From Guillardia theta CCMP2712 (Eukaryota > Protista > Cryptophyta), in NCBI RefSeq assembly GCF_000315625.1, contig NW_005434561.1, positions 150,294 through 214,293 on the forward strand: a DNA stretch of 64,000 bases, in the 5' to 3' direction. A program made the position numbers and the translations under genes. The notes below the pieces were generated by a model. The model saw nothing but the letters and a program-made list of their open reading frames with translations, ran no database searches and had not been told where the DNA came from. Positions within the stretch are counted from its first letter, which is position 1, and every line of letters begins with the position of its first letter. Positions 1-8,808 of the stretch are shown here, piece by piece.

Positions 1-38
1 GGGGGCGCGACCCCCGAGAGGAACTACAAGAGCAGCTT

Positions 39-365
39 GTGGCTGTTGAGGAGGTGGAAGAGACCCCACAAGATAGGGCACATAAAGAGGCCTTGAATCT
101 TGTCCAGGAACTTAAAGGGCAATACCCAGAAATACCCGAGACTCTGCTCTATACAGCCGCTATCGATTTCGTCCTCTATCCTGACAAAACCAAAGAGGAC
201 TTTGAGCGGGATTATGAGGCTGTCGAAAGGGCTAATGCCATGAAGGCTGAGGCAGACGCTGTGCCTACTACGTTCTACGGAGTCAAGGTTCTTGATGCCA
301 ATGATAACGAGGTCATTAAAAATATCTTACCAGAGGTTAAAGATGCCCAAACTGTTCAAGGTTAA
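39..365 (+). CDS. PLV hypothetical acidic protein (possibly 5'-partial)
   Basis: 108-aa ORF with non-ATG start, overlapping the start of the next gene as in compact viral genomes. Confidence 0.55.
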   Translation: MAVEEVEETPQDRAHKEALNLVQELKGQYPEIPETLLYTAAIDFVLYPDKTKEDFERDYEAVERANAMKAEADAVPTTFYGVKVLDANDNEVIKNILPEVKDAQTVQG

Positions 366-969
366 GAAGCTTTACCATATATTCCTCAATCTGGATGATA
401 GTGAAGAGGCTATCAAGGCTCAAGCTTATATTGATACTAATCCTAGCGACACTGAGCTTGTGAATTATTTCAAGAATATCAAAACGCTATCTTGGAAGCT
501 GACGAATATTGAGCCACAGCTGCTCTCAGAGAATGCTCGTATTGTCCTTGATTCCTACACGGTACGTCGAGTTCAAAGATTGTCAGATATGAACCTCTAC
601 ACAAGCGACCTTAACGTCGATGGTATGGCCTATGAATCGATGAACAACAATATGTATGGCACAATCCTGATGAGCCTAAGGAAGGATTACCTGGGGGTCA
701 ATGTAGCAGCTGACCCGACACAGACGGTCGATTTCATCTATAGCAACACTAACCATGAGTTCTCAAGCAATTGGAAGGCCAAGCCGAATATGCTCCAAAA
801 CAACCAATACTTCCGGCTTTATATCGATGGCGGAAACCTTGGGCATATCTCCGAGTTGAAGATAAAGCTTATCGTCTATGACGAGGTACTTAAGACCCAG
901 GAAGACACCGATATGTGGAGCGACGAGCAGGTCATAAGTGGTAAGACACCAGCTAATTTTTATAAATAG
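343..969 (+). CDS. PLV virion protein, possibly a second single jelly-roll/minor-capsid-like protein
   Basis: ATG at 343 (MPKLFKVKK); beta-strand pattern with N-terminal YHIFLNLDDS and C-terminal KIKLIVYD resembling the neighbouring penton-like ORF. Confidence 0.55.
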   Translation: MPKLFKVKKLYHIFLNLDDSEEAIKAQAYIDTNPSDTELVNYFKNIKTLSWKLTNIEPQLLSENARIVLDSYTVRRVQRLSDMNLYTSDLNVDGMAYESMNNNMYGTILMSLRKDYLGVNVAADPTQTVDFIYSNTNHEFSSNWKAKPNMLQNNQYFRLYIDGGNLGHISELKIKLIVYDEVLKTQEDTDMWSDEQVISGKTPANFYK

Positions 970-978
970 AAAACTTAA

Positions 979-1854
979 ATGACAGATAGGACACATATCT
1001 TTATAAACAGTAGGAACAGGCTTCCATATGAGAGCGCCAGCTCATACATCGTCAATCTCCCCAACGGGTTGATATATGGGGATGATAAGACACAGTATAG
1101 GCTAACCGTCAATTATTTCCAGGTGACTAATAGCTGGTACAACATACAAGATGGATATAACAACCAGTTCCAGATATCAACCGACAACTTCGTCGATAGT
1201 GTCATCGACTTCTCGATAGACATCGGCAATCCATCCGTCTATGACCTCGATAATGAGCTCCAAACCAAGCTAAAGGACTATTTCACAGTCGCATATAATA
1301 GGAGCCTTAACAAATTCGTGTTTAGCAATACAACAGGTTCCACATTATACCTAAAGGTTATGAACTGCGGGCAGTTCATCGGCTTCTACAATGACCAGAC
1401 ATTCGAGGTGTTGGCCGGTGAAACGCTTGAGAGTGAGAAACCGGTTAATATGTTAGGGGATGAGCTCATCATCATGAGGGTCCGGGGTGATATCAGCTTT
1501 GAGAACAGCACCATCGAGAACATGACAACCGCCGAGTTCTACCCCTCGGACATTTTATTCACATTCCCCGTGAATGTTCCCCCATATAGCCTCATTACGT
1601 GGGAGAACATAACTCAAACAAGATTTACCCATCTGATAAATAGCCAGTCGAAGAGCATCGACCAGTTCGTCCTTGAGGTTTGCAACGAAGATGGTCGAGT
1701 GATACCACAATTCAGCGATTATATGTTACATCTGATGGTCGAGAGGGTGGTCGATAATAATGAGTTCAAGACAAACATATTGTCAATCCTTAATCAGGTG
1801 CTTGACTATTTAAAGGAAATCTATATGCTTGTTGGCTCTTACTTCACACAATAA
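979..1854 (+). CDS. PLV minor capsid (penton, single jelly-roll) protein
   Basis: Motifs HIFINSRNR, QVTNSWYNI..YNN.F, ILFTFPVNVPPYSLI.W, IDQFVLEV.NEDGR.I...DY.LHL typical of PLV/virophage minor capsid proteins. Confidence 0.8.
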   Translation: MTDRTHIFINSRNRLPYESASSYIVNLPNGLIYGDDKTQYRLTVNYFQVTNSWYNIQDGYNNQFQISTDNFVDSVIDFSIDIGNPSVYDLDNELQTKLKDYFTVAYNRSLNKFVFSNTTGSTLYLKVMNCGQFIGFYNDQTFEVLAGETLESEKPVNMLGDELIIMRVRGDISFENSTIENMTTAEFYPSDILFTFPVNVPPYSLITWENITQTRFTHLINSQSKSIDQFVLEVCNEDGRVIPQFSDYMLHLMVERVVDNNEFKTNILSILNQVLDYLKEIYMLVGSYFTQ

Positions 1855-1878
1855 AAATATGTCTGGTATGATTAAAAG

Positions 1879-2112
1879 ATGATTTCAAAGCTTGGGAAGA
1901 TGCTCACATTCACCCGTAAGCTGGGGCAGGGCTTACAACAGGCCAGGATGATAGGGTCTTATGCCAATAAAGTGATGGGAGGACGGCTTATGGCGCATCC
2001 GCTAGGACAGCGTATCAATGATATCACAAAGGGAGCCCAGAGTGCGGTTGGAGTTGCTCAGGGAGCCCTTGAGAAGGCTCACTCTGTAGAACAGGGCATC
2101 CGAAGGCTCTAA
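1879..2112 (+). CDS. Small basic, Gly/Ala-rich amphipathic virion protein
   Basis: 77-aa ATG ORF directly after the penton gene; amphipathic helix pattern MISKLGKMLTFTRKLGQGL. Confidence 0.65.
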   Translation: MISKLGKMLTFTRKLGQGLQQARMIGSYANKVMGGRLMAHPLGQRINDITKGAQSAVGVAQGALEKAHSVEQGIRRL

Positions 2113-2293
2113 TTCTTTTTAAGCGTTATTCTTAGAATTGGAATGACTGAAAAAAAAATTGAAATTGTTAATATACATACAAAACAACAATTGGATGCCT
2201 TGACTCATAGCATCAGGTTCGTAATGTCAAATGGCCGGTACATCACGGCCGATGGAAGGATAGAGGGTTTTGGATATTCTTTTAATATAGTAA

Positions 2294-2863
2294 ATGGCGA
2301 TGCCAGATAGTAATAACAGCCATGAGCTGTTTGAGAAATACCGACAGATGAGCAAGGTGATGAGCATCCTATGTAATAGAACAGGAGGATGGTATAACCT
2401 GTGGAAGAACATTTTGGTTATACCAATCATACTTATATCATCAAGTTTGGCCATATTGAATGGCTCTTTTACAGATGGAGAAATAAGGTATGTAAATATT
2501 TTATGTAACAGCCTAGCGGCATGTTTAATGGCGATATCTTCACAGCTTAAAATAGCCGAGAAGGCTGTTATGTATTATGACCTCGGCAGCAAATTCAGCA
2601 AGCTTGAACACAGCATAGAACAAGCTATCAGTATGTCCGAGACTAGCTCAGACCGTCTCAATGGTTTCATTCAGTCTTATGATAGCACTATGGAAAGTAT
2701 AAATGGAATACCAGAGTTTATTAAACAAAATATGAGTGCTATCATAGATAGATATAGATATATTCCTTATATACTACAAGGGTACTCTATGAATCATAGC
2801 GACAGTCCTATTCAAGGCGTTTCAAGTGAAAGCGCCGGAGAAAGTGCTCAAATCCCTTGGTGA
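2294..2863 (+). CDS. SLATT-like two-TM membrane protein
   Basis: Two hydrophobic helices (ILVIPIILISSSLAIL; ILCNSLAACLMAISSQL) followed by KIAEKA.M..LGSKFSKLEHSIE, the pattern of viral SLATT-like proteins. Confidence 0.7.
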   Translation: MAMPDSNNSHELFEKYRQMSKVMSILCNRTGGWYNLWKNILVIPIILISSSLAILNGSFTDGEIRYVNILCNSLAACLMAISSQLKIAEKAVMYYDLGSKFSKLEHSIEQAISMSETSSDRLNGFIQSYDSTMESINGIPEFIKQNMSAIIDRYRYIPYILQGYSMNHSDSPIQGVSSESAGESAQIPW

Positions 2864-3122
2864 TGGATGGATGTTCCCACAGTATCCATCTAGCGGCTGA
2901 GGCAGCTGTATCTGGGACAGACCAGTTCTCGCGACCGTTATTGTGTCTTGCTATATAGTATTTTTTGAGCTTATCGTTGTGGGTCTGTGTGAAATCCTCA
3001 TAACGGTTGTCACCAAACTGAATTGTCTTTTGTTTTTGCTTATCTTTGTCATAGAGTACAAGCTGCCATTTCTTGTTCTTGGCTTGTGATGGTCTGAGAG
3101 AGGCATACTTATATACACCCAT
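2808..3122 (-). CDS. DUF5754-like viral protein
   Basis: PS..KNKKW..., KTIQFGD.RYEDFT..H...K..Y.ARH, A...ARWILW signature of a small family common in NCLDV/PLV genomes. Confidence 0.75.
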   Translation of the reverse strand: MGVYKYASLRPSQAKNKKWQLVLYDKDKQKQKTIQFGDNRYEDFTQTHNDKLKKYYIARHNNGRENWSVPDTAASAARWILWEHPSITKGFEHFLRRFHLKRLE

Positions 3123-3176
3123 TTATTATTTCAAAAGAAAAAGGATAAGCCCCCCCTTCTTTCTCTTCTTTTTTCT

Positions 3177-3310
3177 TAGTAGTGAATGAACTAAGGATAA
3201 GGGGGGGTGAAAGATAAGGGGGGTATTTGGTAAGTGTTTGGACCTTTTTGAAAGATTTGTATAATACTTTTCAAACCCCCCCCTTATCCTTCACCCCCCC
3301 TTATCCTTAG
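3177..3310. repeat. ~135-bp self-complementary hairpin repeat, copy 1
   Basis: Arms CTAAGGATAAG7TGAAAGATAAG6 (3191-) and C8TTATCCTTCAC7TTATCCTTAG (-3310); the whole unit recurs inverted at 8402-8535. Confidence 0.9.
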
Positions 3311-3408
3311 TTTTACTTATTCTAAAAAAGAAATATTATATTATCATTCTAGTCTTAAAAATATATAGTAACAACATAGTATAATATTAGGATAACCCCC
3401 CCCCCTCC

Positions 3409-4086
3409 CTAAGATTTCATCTTAATGCCACATAGGCACATCGCCTGGTTCCTGAAAGTGTTTTTTGCGTTCTTCTTGATGATATTATGGACGGTCTCGA
3501 AGTAGTCACACATCACATCGTATATCATAGCCTGTTCATTATTGGAGACCGGTTTATTGTATTCTGATAAGAACATACTATAGATATATTGGGTTGGTAT
3601 CCTGTTGTGGATGTCATCGACGTTCGTTATGTCGATAACTGGTAAGAACTTATGTTTAAGCCAATGCTGGAAGACTGCCACAATGTCATTGTCTTCCGTT
3701 TCGGTCTGGTTGTTCGAGGGTTCATCATCTTCCTCGTCGCTCTCCTCCTCCATCCTCATCTTACAATACAGGACATACTTCTCGTCTCTTGATATCACAT
3801 AAGCGTTTTGTTCGAGTTTCCTCTTGACGTCCTGACGCGTCACATTCACGCTTATGCTAGCGTTCGATTTCAACCACTTCATAAATCTTGAATACAGGTT
3901 ACTAATCAAGAGCTTGTTGTTTTTGTTAGAATCTTTCTTATCCAATGCTATCACCTCCTCGGTGAGGAACTGTCTAAATAGGTCGGTGTCCTTCTGGTAT
4001 TGGTTCGTGTTGTACTGGACAGATTCGGGCACATCGAACTCCAATTCTGGATAAATCTTTTGAATGTTGTGGATGATGAGACTCAT
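3409..4086 (-). CDS. C-terminal part (winged-helix region and acidic tail) of the D5-like helicase, separated by a frameshift
   Basis: VPESVQYNTNQYQKDTDLFRQFLTE..LYSRFMKW is the usual continuation of D5 helicases; this frame is open upstream through FFKKDPNIDKKL. Confidence 0.75.
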   Translation of the reverse strand: MSLIIHNIQKIYPELEFDVPESVQYNTNQYQKDTDLFRQFLTEEVIALDKKDSNKNNKLLISNLYSRFMKWLKSNASISVNVTRQDVKRKLEQNAYVISRDEKYVLYCKMRMEEESDEEDDEPSNNQTETEDNDIVAVFQHWLKHKFLPVIDITNVDDIHNRIPTQYIYSMFLSEYNKPVSNNEQAMIYDVMCDYFETVHNIIKKNAKNTFRNQAMCLCGIKMKS

Positions 4087-5432
4087 AAGATAGGCAGGGA
4101 ACTTTTCAAGCTTTTTATCGATGTTAGGGTCTTTCTTGAAAAAGTTTTGTTTCTGATGTTGGCCGGTGGTTTGTCGCCGCTGTGGAAATATGCCTTATGT
4201 TGAATGACCCTCATACGTCTCCACGTTCCGCCGTCATTGGCGGCGTTTAGAGGCACCTTAGGGAACTTATTACAACAGAGTATGAACTTGGCCATAAGCC
4301 GAAACTCAACCGGTGTCTTATACAACCCCCTCGCGGTTATCATATCATTGCCTGTGTATTCCTTTACAATGCCTACGTTGAAGACGTCGTCCTCGTCTGG
4401 TTCTGATGTTGTAACCAATCGCGCGCCCTTCAATCGTTCGACCTCAGCACAGGCGGCATTTGATGCTGCCCTTTTCTGTGTGAAGAGTGCCACCGGTAAC
4501 GTCTTGGCATAATCTCCAAATGCCTTTTGAAGCAAGCTCATAAATGTGCTCTTTCCATTCGCCCCTGAGTCACCCCAGAAGATGTTAAACTGTTCCATCT
4601 TGCCACAGCAGGCAGCCATCCCGAGGATGTTCATAACATACTCCTTGACGTCATCATCAGCATACACCTGTGATATATACCTCTCTAACTCTTTCTGGGT
4701 CTTGTCCTCTGGGTTGTACTCGATGTAATCATAGCGTGTTGAGAGGCTGATATAATCGGTAGGCTGTCCCTTCCTGAATACTCCTTTCTCGAAGTCATAG
4801 ACACCGTTCTTGAATCCTAAGAGGTGCTCCTTTGTGTCTAGTTTCTCGATAAAGTAGTTGTCGCATAGGAGATATTTAACTTCCTTGATATAGTTGTCCT
4901 TCTTGCCGCTCTGCTTCAACAGTGTAATGATATTATCACACTGTGCGGACATCTTGGTATATCGTTCCTTCATTAAATCATCCTTCTCGTTCCTCATCTT
5001 CGCAACATAGTGCTTCTTCCTGTTGCCGTAGAGACTAACAATGACGGTCGAGATGTTGTTTGAGAGGATGCTCTCGGTTGTCTCAATCCAACGATTGATG
5101 CTGTCCATATAGACATACCATATGCGATTCCCTACATACTTGATAAGGGTATTGTTCATCACAATATCAGGGTATGCCTTGTCCTTGTAATCGATGATGT
5201 CGAGGTTGTAGTAGGAGGCAATGAGCACGGCGATGTCGAAGTCTGTGGGTTGTAAGAGTGAAGCGTCGATGAAATAGTTGAGTTCATCCATCTTCTCACT
5301 TGAGTGCTTGATGTGTATGAGCGAGCTATCGAATGACCTATCCACCCGGCTCAGTCGTTGCTTCTTGTCATCTTCGGACTCAACAACGATGTCATCATAG
5401 ATATTATCACAGATTCTTTCCTGAGGTGCCAT
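4083..5432 (-). CDS. D5-like superfamily 3 helicase (D5_N + ATPase), frameshifted near 4150-4190
   Basis: LDTKEHLLGFKNGVYD (D5_N), Walker A GDSGANGKST, LKGARLVTTSEP, VKEYTGND.ITARGLY, CCNKFP, DGGTWRR. Confidence 0.92.
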   Translation of the reverse strand: MAPQERICDNIYDDIVVESEDDKKQRLSRVDRSFDSSLIHIKHSSEKMDELNYFIDASLLQPTDFDIAVLIASYYNLDIIDYKDKAYPDIVMNNTLIKYVGNRIWYVYMDSINRWIETTESILSNNISTVIVSLYGNRKKHYVAKMRNEKDDLMKERYTKMSAQCDNIITLLKQSGKKDNYIKEVKYLLCDNYFIEKLDTKEHLLGFKNGVYDFEKGVFRKGQPTDYISLSTRYDYIEYNPEDKTQKELERYISQVYADDDVKEYVMNILGMAACCGKMEQFNIFWGDSGANGKSTFMSLLQKAFGDYAKTLPVALFTQKRAASNAACAEVERLKGARLVTTSEPDEDDVFNVGIVKEYTGNDMITARGLYKTPVEFRLMAKFILCCNKFPKVPLNAANDGGTWRRMRVIQHKAYFHSGDKPPANIRNKTFSRKTLTSIKSLKSSLPIL

Positions 5433-5596
5433 TTATTTATAGCTGAGAAAATATTTTCCGGACCTTTACGAATATATACGCAACGTTTCCTTATATCCTT
5501 TTTCGGACATTCATTTTTTCTCCGGACTTTCATTTTTTTGTTCAAACGTAAAATAGAGCCAATAAAGGCCCTTTATACATTTCTAGAAAAATAACA

Positions 5597-5827
5597 TCAT
5601 ATGCTCACTTCTTGCTTATTTGCCTGCTCTGCTTTCTTCTTGTAATACCTCTCTCTTGCCCTTTTGAGCTCCTTCTGTCTATACTCTGGGTCGGTGTTGT
5701 ACTTGATGCTCTTGTATATCCTCAATCGCGCGCGCTCCTGTTCATAGAATTCTTTGTCATTAACAATCCTCTTTGCGTAATACTTGGATTGAGGACAAGA
5801 ATATTGGGGGATGTTGATATTCTCCAT
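5597..5827 (-). CDS. Small basic helical viral protein
   Basis: 76 aa, KYNTDPEYRQKELKRARERYYKKK motif common in large-DNA-virus/PLV small proteins. Confidence 0.7.
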   Translation of the reverse strand: MENINIPQYSCPQSKYYAKRIVNDKEFYEQERARLRIYKSIKYNTDPEYRQKELKRARERYYKKKAEQANKQEVSI

Positions 5828-5916
5828 TATTGGAACCTTTATTTTCAGTGTATATAATTATTCTCACCTTTATATCATTTTTTGAGCTTTTATGAAATAT
5901 TGGTATGTCATAGGGG

Positions 5917-7824
5917 TTAATCTAGTAGTTTAGATATCCATTGACCATTCACTCTTTCTAAGGCATACTTTTTTATTGTGCTTGCCCTAACCTTACCCTC
6001 TGGCAAGTCATTGACGCGTCTCACTGCCTTCTTTATGCTTATCTCCTTTTTGTTCTCTTCATAGTAATTATGTTGATACTTGTTATAGGCATCCTTACCT
6101 ATCTTCTGAATATAGCGTTGTTGTGCCTTATATGCCAGATTCCGCGGGTCCTTATATCCTTGGGCTGGTGCTCTTGGTTGTGGGATTACTGCTTGGCGCA
6201 TGTTTGCGGGGGTGTTTGCGGGGGTGTTTTCTTGTATTGTTATCGGTCCCTCGTTATCATCGCGTGGTTCCTGCTTGATTCGTATAATATCGGTCGGCAA
6301 TAGTGCCTTCTTGTAGTTCTTATATTGTGCTATTATGCTGTTTCTCATCTTCAAGCTGACATCAGTTAAAATGTTCGCCGATGCGTTGTTTGAGTGTAGC
6401 CAAGTAATAAAGGACGAACGGAACATATTAACGCCCAACCGATGGCCTTGAAACATAGCCGCAAGGTACTTTTCCATGTTGCTCTTAGCCGGTGCGTTCA
6501 TGTTATTGACCTGCGTTATGTAATACTCACGAGGATATAAGGCGATGCTCTCCCTTACAAAGTCGCTAAGCTTGTAAGCCAATGGGTTTATATCATTAGG
6601 GTTGTTGAACCAACCGACCTTATACCTGATTGGGGAATGCCCTTTATGTGCCTTATTGAATACGTACATAATAAGGCCATTCTCTGGGACATAGACATAG
6701 TTGGTCTTTTTGTCTAGGTTCTCGAGCGTGTGCGTTATCTTCATATTGTTCAATTCACTCCTCACGGGTGGTGTATAGAGATATGACATCATTATAATGG
6801 TGTATGTATGGAATTTATAGGCATCTGTTGAGTTATCACTGAATGCCTTTATGAATGTGTCGAGCATCTCCTCGGTCATGTCCAGTAGCATTCCAAAGGG
6901 AAGGAATGTTTGCTGCTCGTACTTGTTCAGTCTGTTGATACCTTCCTGTGATAGGATGATGCCCATATGAAAGTCGGTCGTTATCATACTCATCTTATAA
7001 TACAGTTCGTGCTCATCTCCTAGACATATCTTTATCAATCTTGTAATGGCCTTTAAGTCATTCCAAAATGTGCTTAGTGATTGGCTTTTATTGAACCTAT
7101 AAACGAGCATATCAAGGATTATCGCCCTGTGATTCTCAACCATCCACGTGAGATTCTCATCTATCCTATTCGATAGCGTCTTATCAATTATGGATTTGAG
7201 CACCTGATATGTGTTCTTGTCATTGCTTACCTTTCCGCCTACATACTTATTATCTTTTATCTCTTGGAGGGTGGGCTTGTGGATATAATTGAGGTTTTGG
7301 TATTGCTCCTTAGTCAAGTCATAGGCGTATATCTCGTTTGTCCAGCTATTGGGACCGTTTATGTTATTATCGATTCTCTCTTTCATCTGTTCCATTTTCT
7401 GGTAGATAGTGAAGGCATATCTATCATCATTGTAGAAGTCGAACTTGAAGGTTTTGATTGACTGCGTTATGTCCTTGCTAATATCATCTGAAACCTTCCT
7501 AAGCAGTTTATAGCTACTTGGAAGCCTGTATTTCTTGTTAAGAGGGTGTTTGATGGTCCTTAGTGGGTTGTCCTTTGGAACTGGTGTTCTTGGGTCTATT
7601 ATCTGAATGGCTGGCAACACTGCCGGAGGTTCTGTGGCCGGGATTGGTTGGATTAGTTGTCTTGGTTGTCTTGGTTTCTTCTCATTCTTGGCCTCAGTCG
7701 GTTTCAGGTAATTAACGGGCTTATATCTCTGCGTCGGTTTCCTCTCCCTAGCGGGGGTTGCGCCCCCCGACGGCGCTGTTCTTTTGCTCAAGCTTTTGCG
7801 CGAAGCGGAAAAGGTTGCGGCCAT
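5917..7824 (-). CDS. Tyrosine recombinase/integrase (PLV type)
   Basis: YTPPVRSE (Arg I), FNKAHK, LGVNMFRSSFIT (N-x-x-R in place of H-x-x-R), KMRNS...KNYKK (Tyr nucleophile); long basic N-terminal extension. Confidence 0.85.
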   Translation of the reverse strand: MAATFSASRKSLSKRTAPSGGATPARERKPTQRYKPVNYLKPTEAKNEKKPRQPRQLIQPIPATEPPAVLPAIQIIDPRTPVPKDNPLRTIKHPLNKKYRLPSSYKLLRKVSDDISKDITQSIKTFKFDFYNDDRYAFTIYQKMEQMKERIDNNINGPNSWTNEIYAYDLTKEQYQNLNYIHKPTLQEIKDNKYVGGKVSNDKNTYQVLKSIIDKTLSNRIDENLTWMVENHRAIILDMLVYRFNKSQSLSTFWNDLKAITRLIKICLGDEHELYYKMSMITTDFHMGIILSQEGINRLNKYEQQTFLPFGMLLDMTEEMLDTFIKAFSDNSTDAYKFHTYTIIMMSYLYTPPVRSELNNMKITHTLENLDKKTNYVYVPENGLIMYVFNKAHKGHSPIRYKVGWFNNPNDINPLAYKLSDFVRESIALYPREYYITQVNNMNAPAKSNMEKYLAAMFQGHRLGVNMFRSSFITWLHSNNASANILTDVSLKMRNSIIAQYKNYKKALLPTDIIRIKQEPRDDNEGPITIQENTPANTPANMRQAVIPQPRAPAQGYKDPRNLAYKAQQRYIQKIGKDAYNKYQHNYYEENKKEISIKKAVRRVNDLPEGKVRASTIKKYALERVNGQWISKLLD

Positions 7825-8046
7825 TTATTATTGACAAACAAATATTTACTAGTCATAGCACGCTTTATGTTAATAACCCGATAGACTATGAACCCTCTTT
7901 CATTAATTACTCTTTATGTAAATCATTTTTTACTCAATGTTGGCAATTCAGGCATTTTTACCTTTATCAGTGGGCCCGCCTCAGTACATCCATTTTGTTT
8001 TTTTTTTTTCCCAGGCGTACCGCCCGTGGGTGTTTTAATGATGTCC

Positions 8047-8119
8047 GGGCCCAGTGGCCCAGTGGCCCAGTGGTCCGGTGGCCCGGTGGTGGCCCGGTGG
8101 TGGCCCGGTGTGGCCGGTG
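8047..8119. repeat. GC-rich degenerate tandem repeats (GGCCCAGT / GGCCCGGTGGT)
   Basis: Directly visible GC-rich island in the AT-rich PLV non-coding end. Confidence 0.8.
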
Positions 8120-8401
8120 GATAGGTTGTTCCCGGCCTGTCGGCTTTGGGAATCGAACCCGCGTCGTTACAGTGGCTAGCGGCCCTATATCCCAAAAAGG
8201 CTAAATTGCCATACTAATGCCCAAGACATAGTTATATATATAGGGCTGTTGGGAGGGAGGAGGCAAGAGATAGAGTATGGTTCGTTGGATGAAGAGGAGG
8301 GAGATGATGCCTGAGGGAGATGATGCCTGAGGGAGATGATGCTATTATCCTCTATTGAATATGTTTTTTCCCTCTTGAAAAAAAAGATAGTAATAAAACA
8401 A

Positions 8402-8535
8402 CCAAGGATAAGGGGGGTGAAAGATAAGGGGGGGTTTTGAAAAGTATTTTACAAATCCATCACAAAAGGTCCAAACACTTACCAAATACCCCCCCTTATC
8501 CTTGACCCCCCTTATCCTTAGTTCATTCACTACTA
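8402..8535. repeat. ~135-bp self-complementary hairpin repeat, copy 2 (inverted relative to 3177-3310)
   Basis: Reverse complement of copy 1 with a few substitutions, including the loop AAAAGGTCCAAACACTTACCAAATA and the flank GTTCATTCACTACTA. Confidence 0.9.
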
Positions 8536-8808
8536 AACAATCAAACAATGTTGAAGAAATAAATGACTTAGTAGCTCAAAGGGGTATGTGTGAGCGTTAA
8601 AAGGTTAATCGGAAGTTTGCGTCAATCACTTAGTAGCTCAAAGGGGGTGGTCAATTGACCACCCAACTTAGTTGGGTGACTATTTAATAAAAACATCATA
8701 GGATGCTCACATGTTAGTAGTTGCGCCTCTTAGAAAGGCCCTTATATTGATTACATACGGTGTGTTATATTTTTTACCCCCTCACCCCACGTGTATATTG
8801 TGTTTTAT

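Noticed and set aside
8120-8200. tRNA-Tyr gene on the minus strand (CTGTAAC plus GGTTCGATTCC)
   Set aside because: No acceptor or anticodon stem can be formed and the spacing is wrong.
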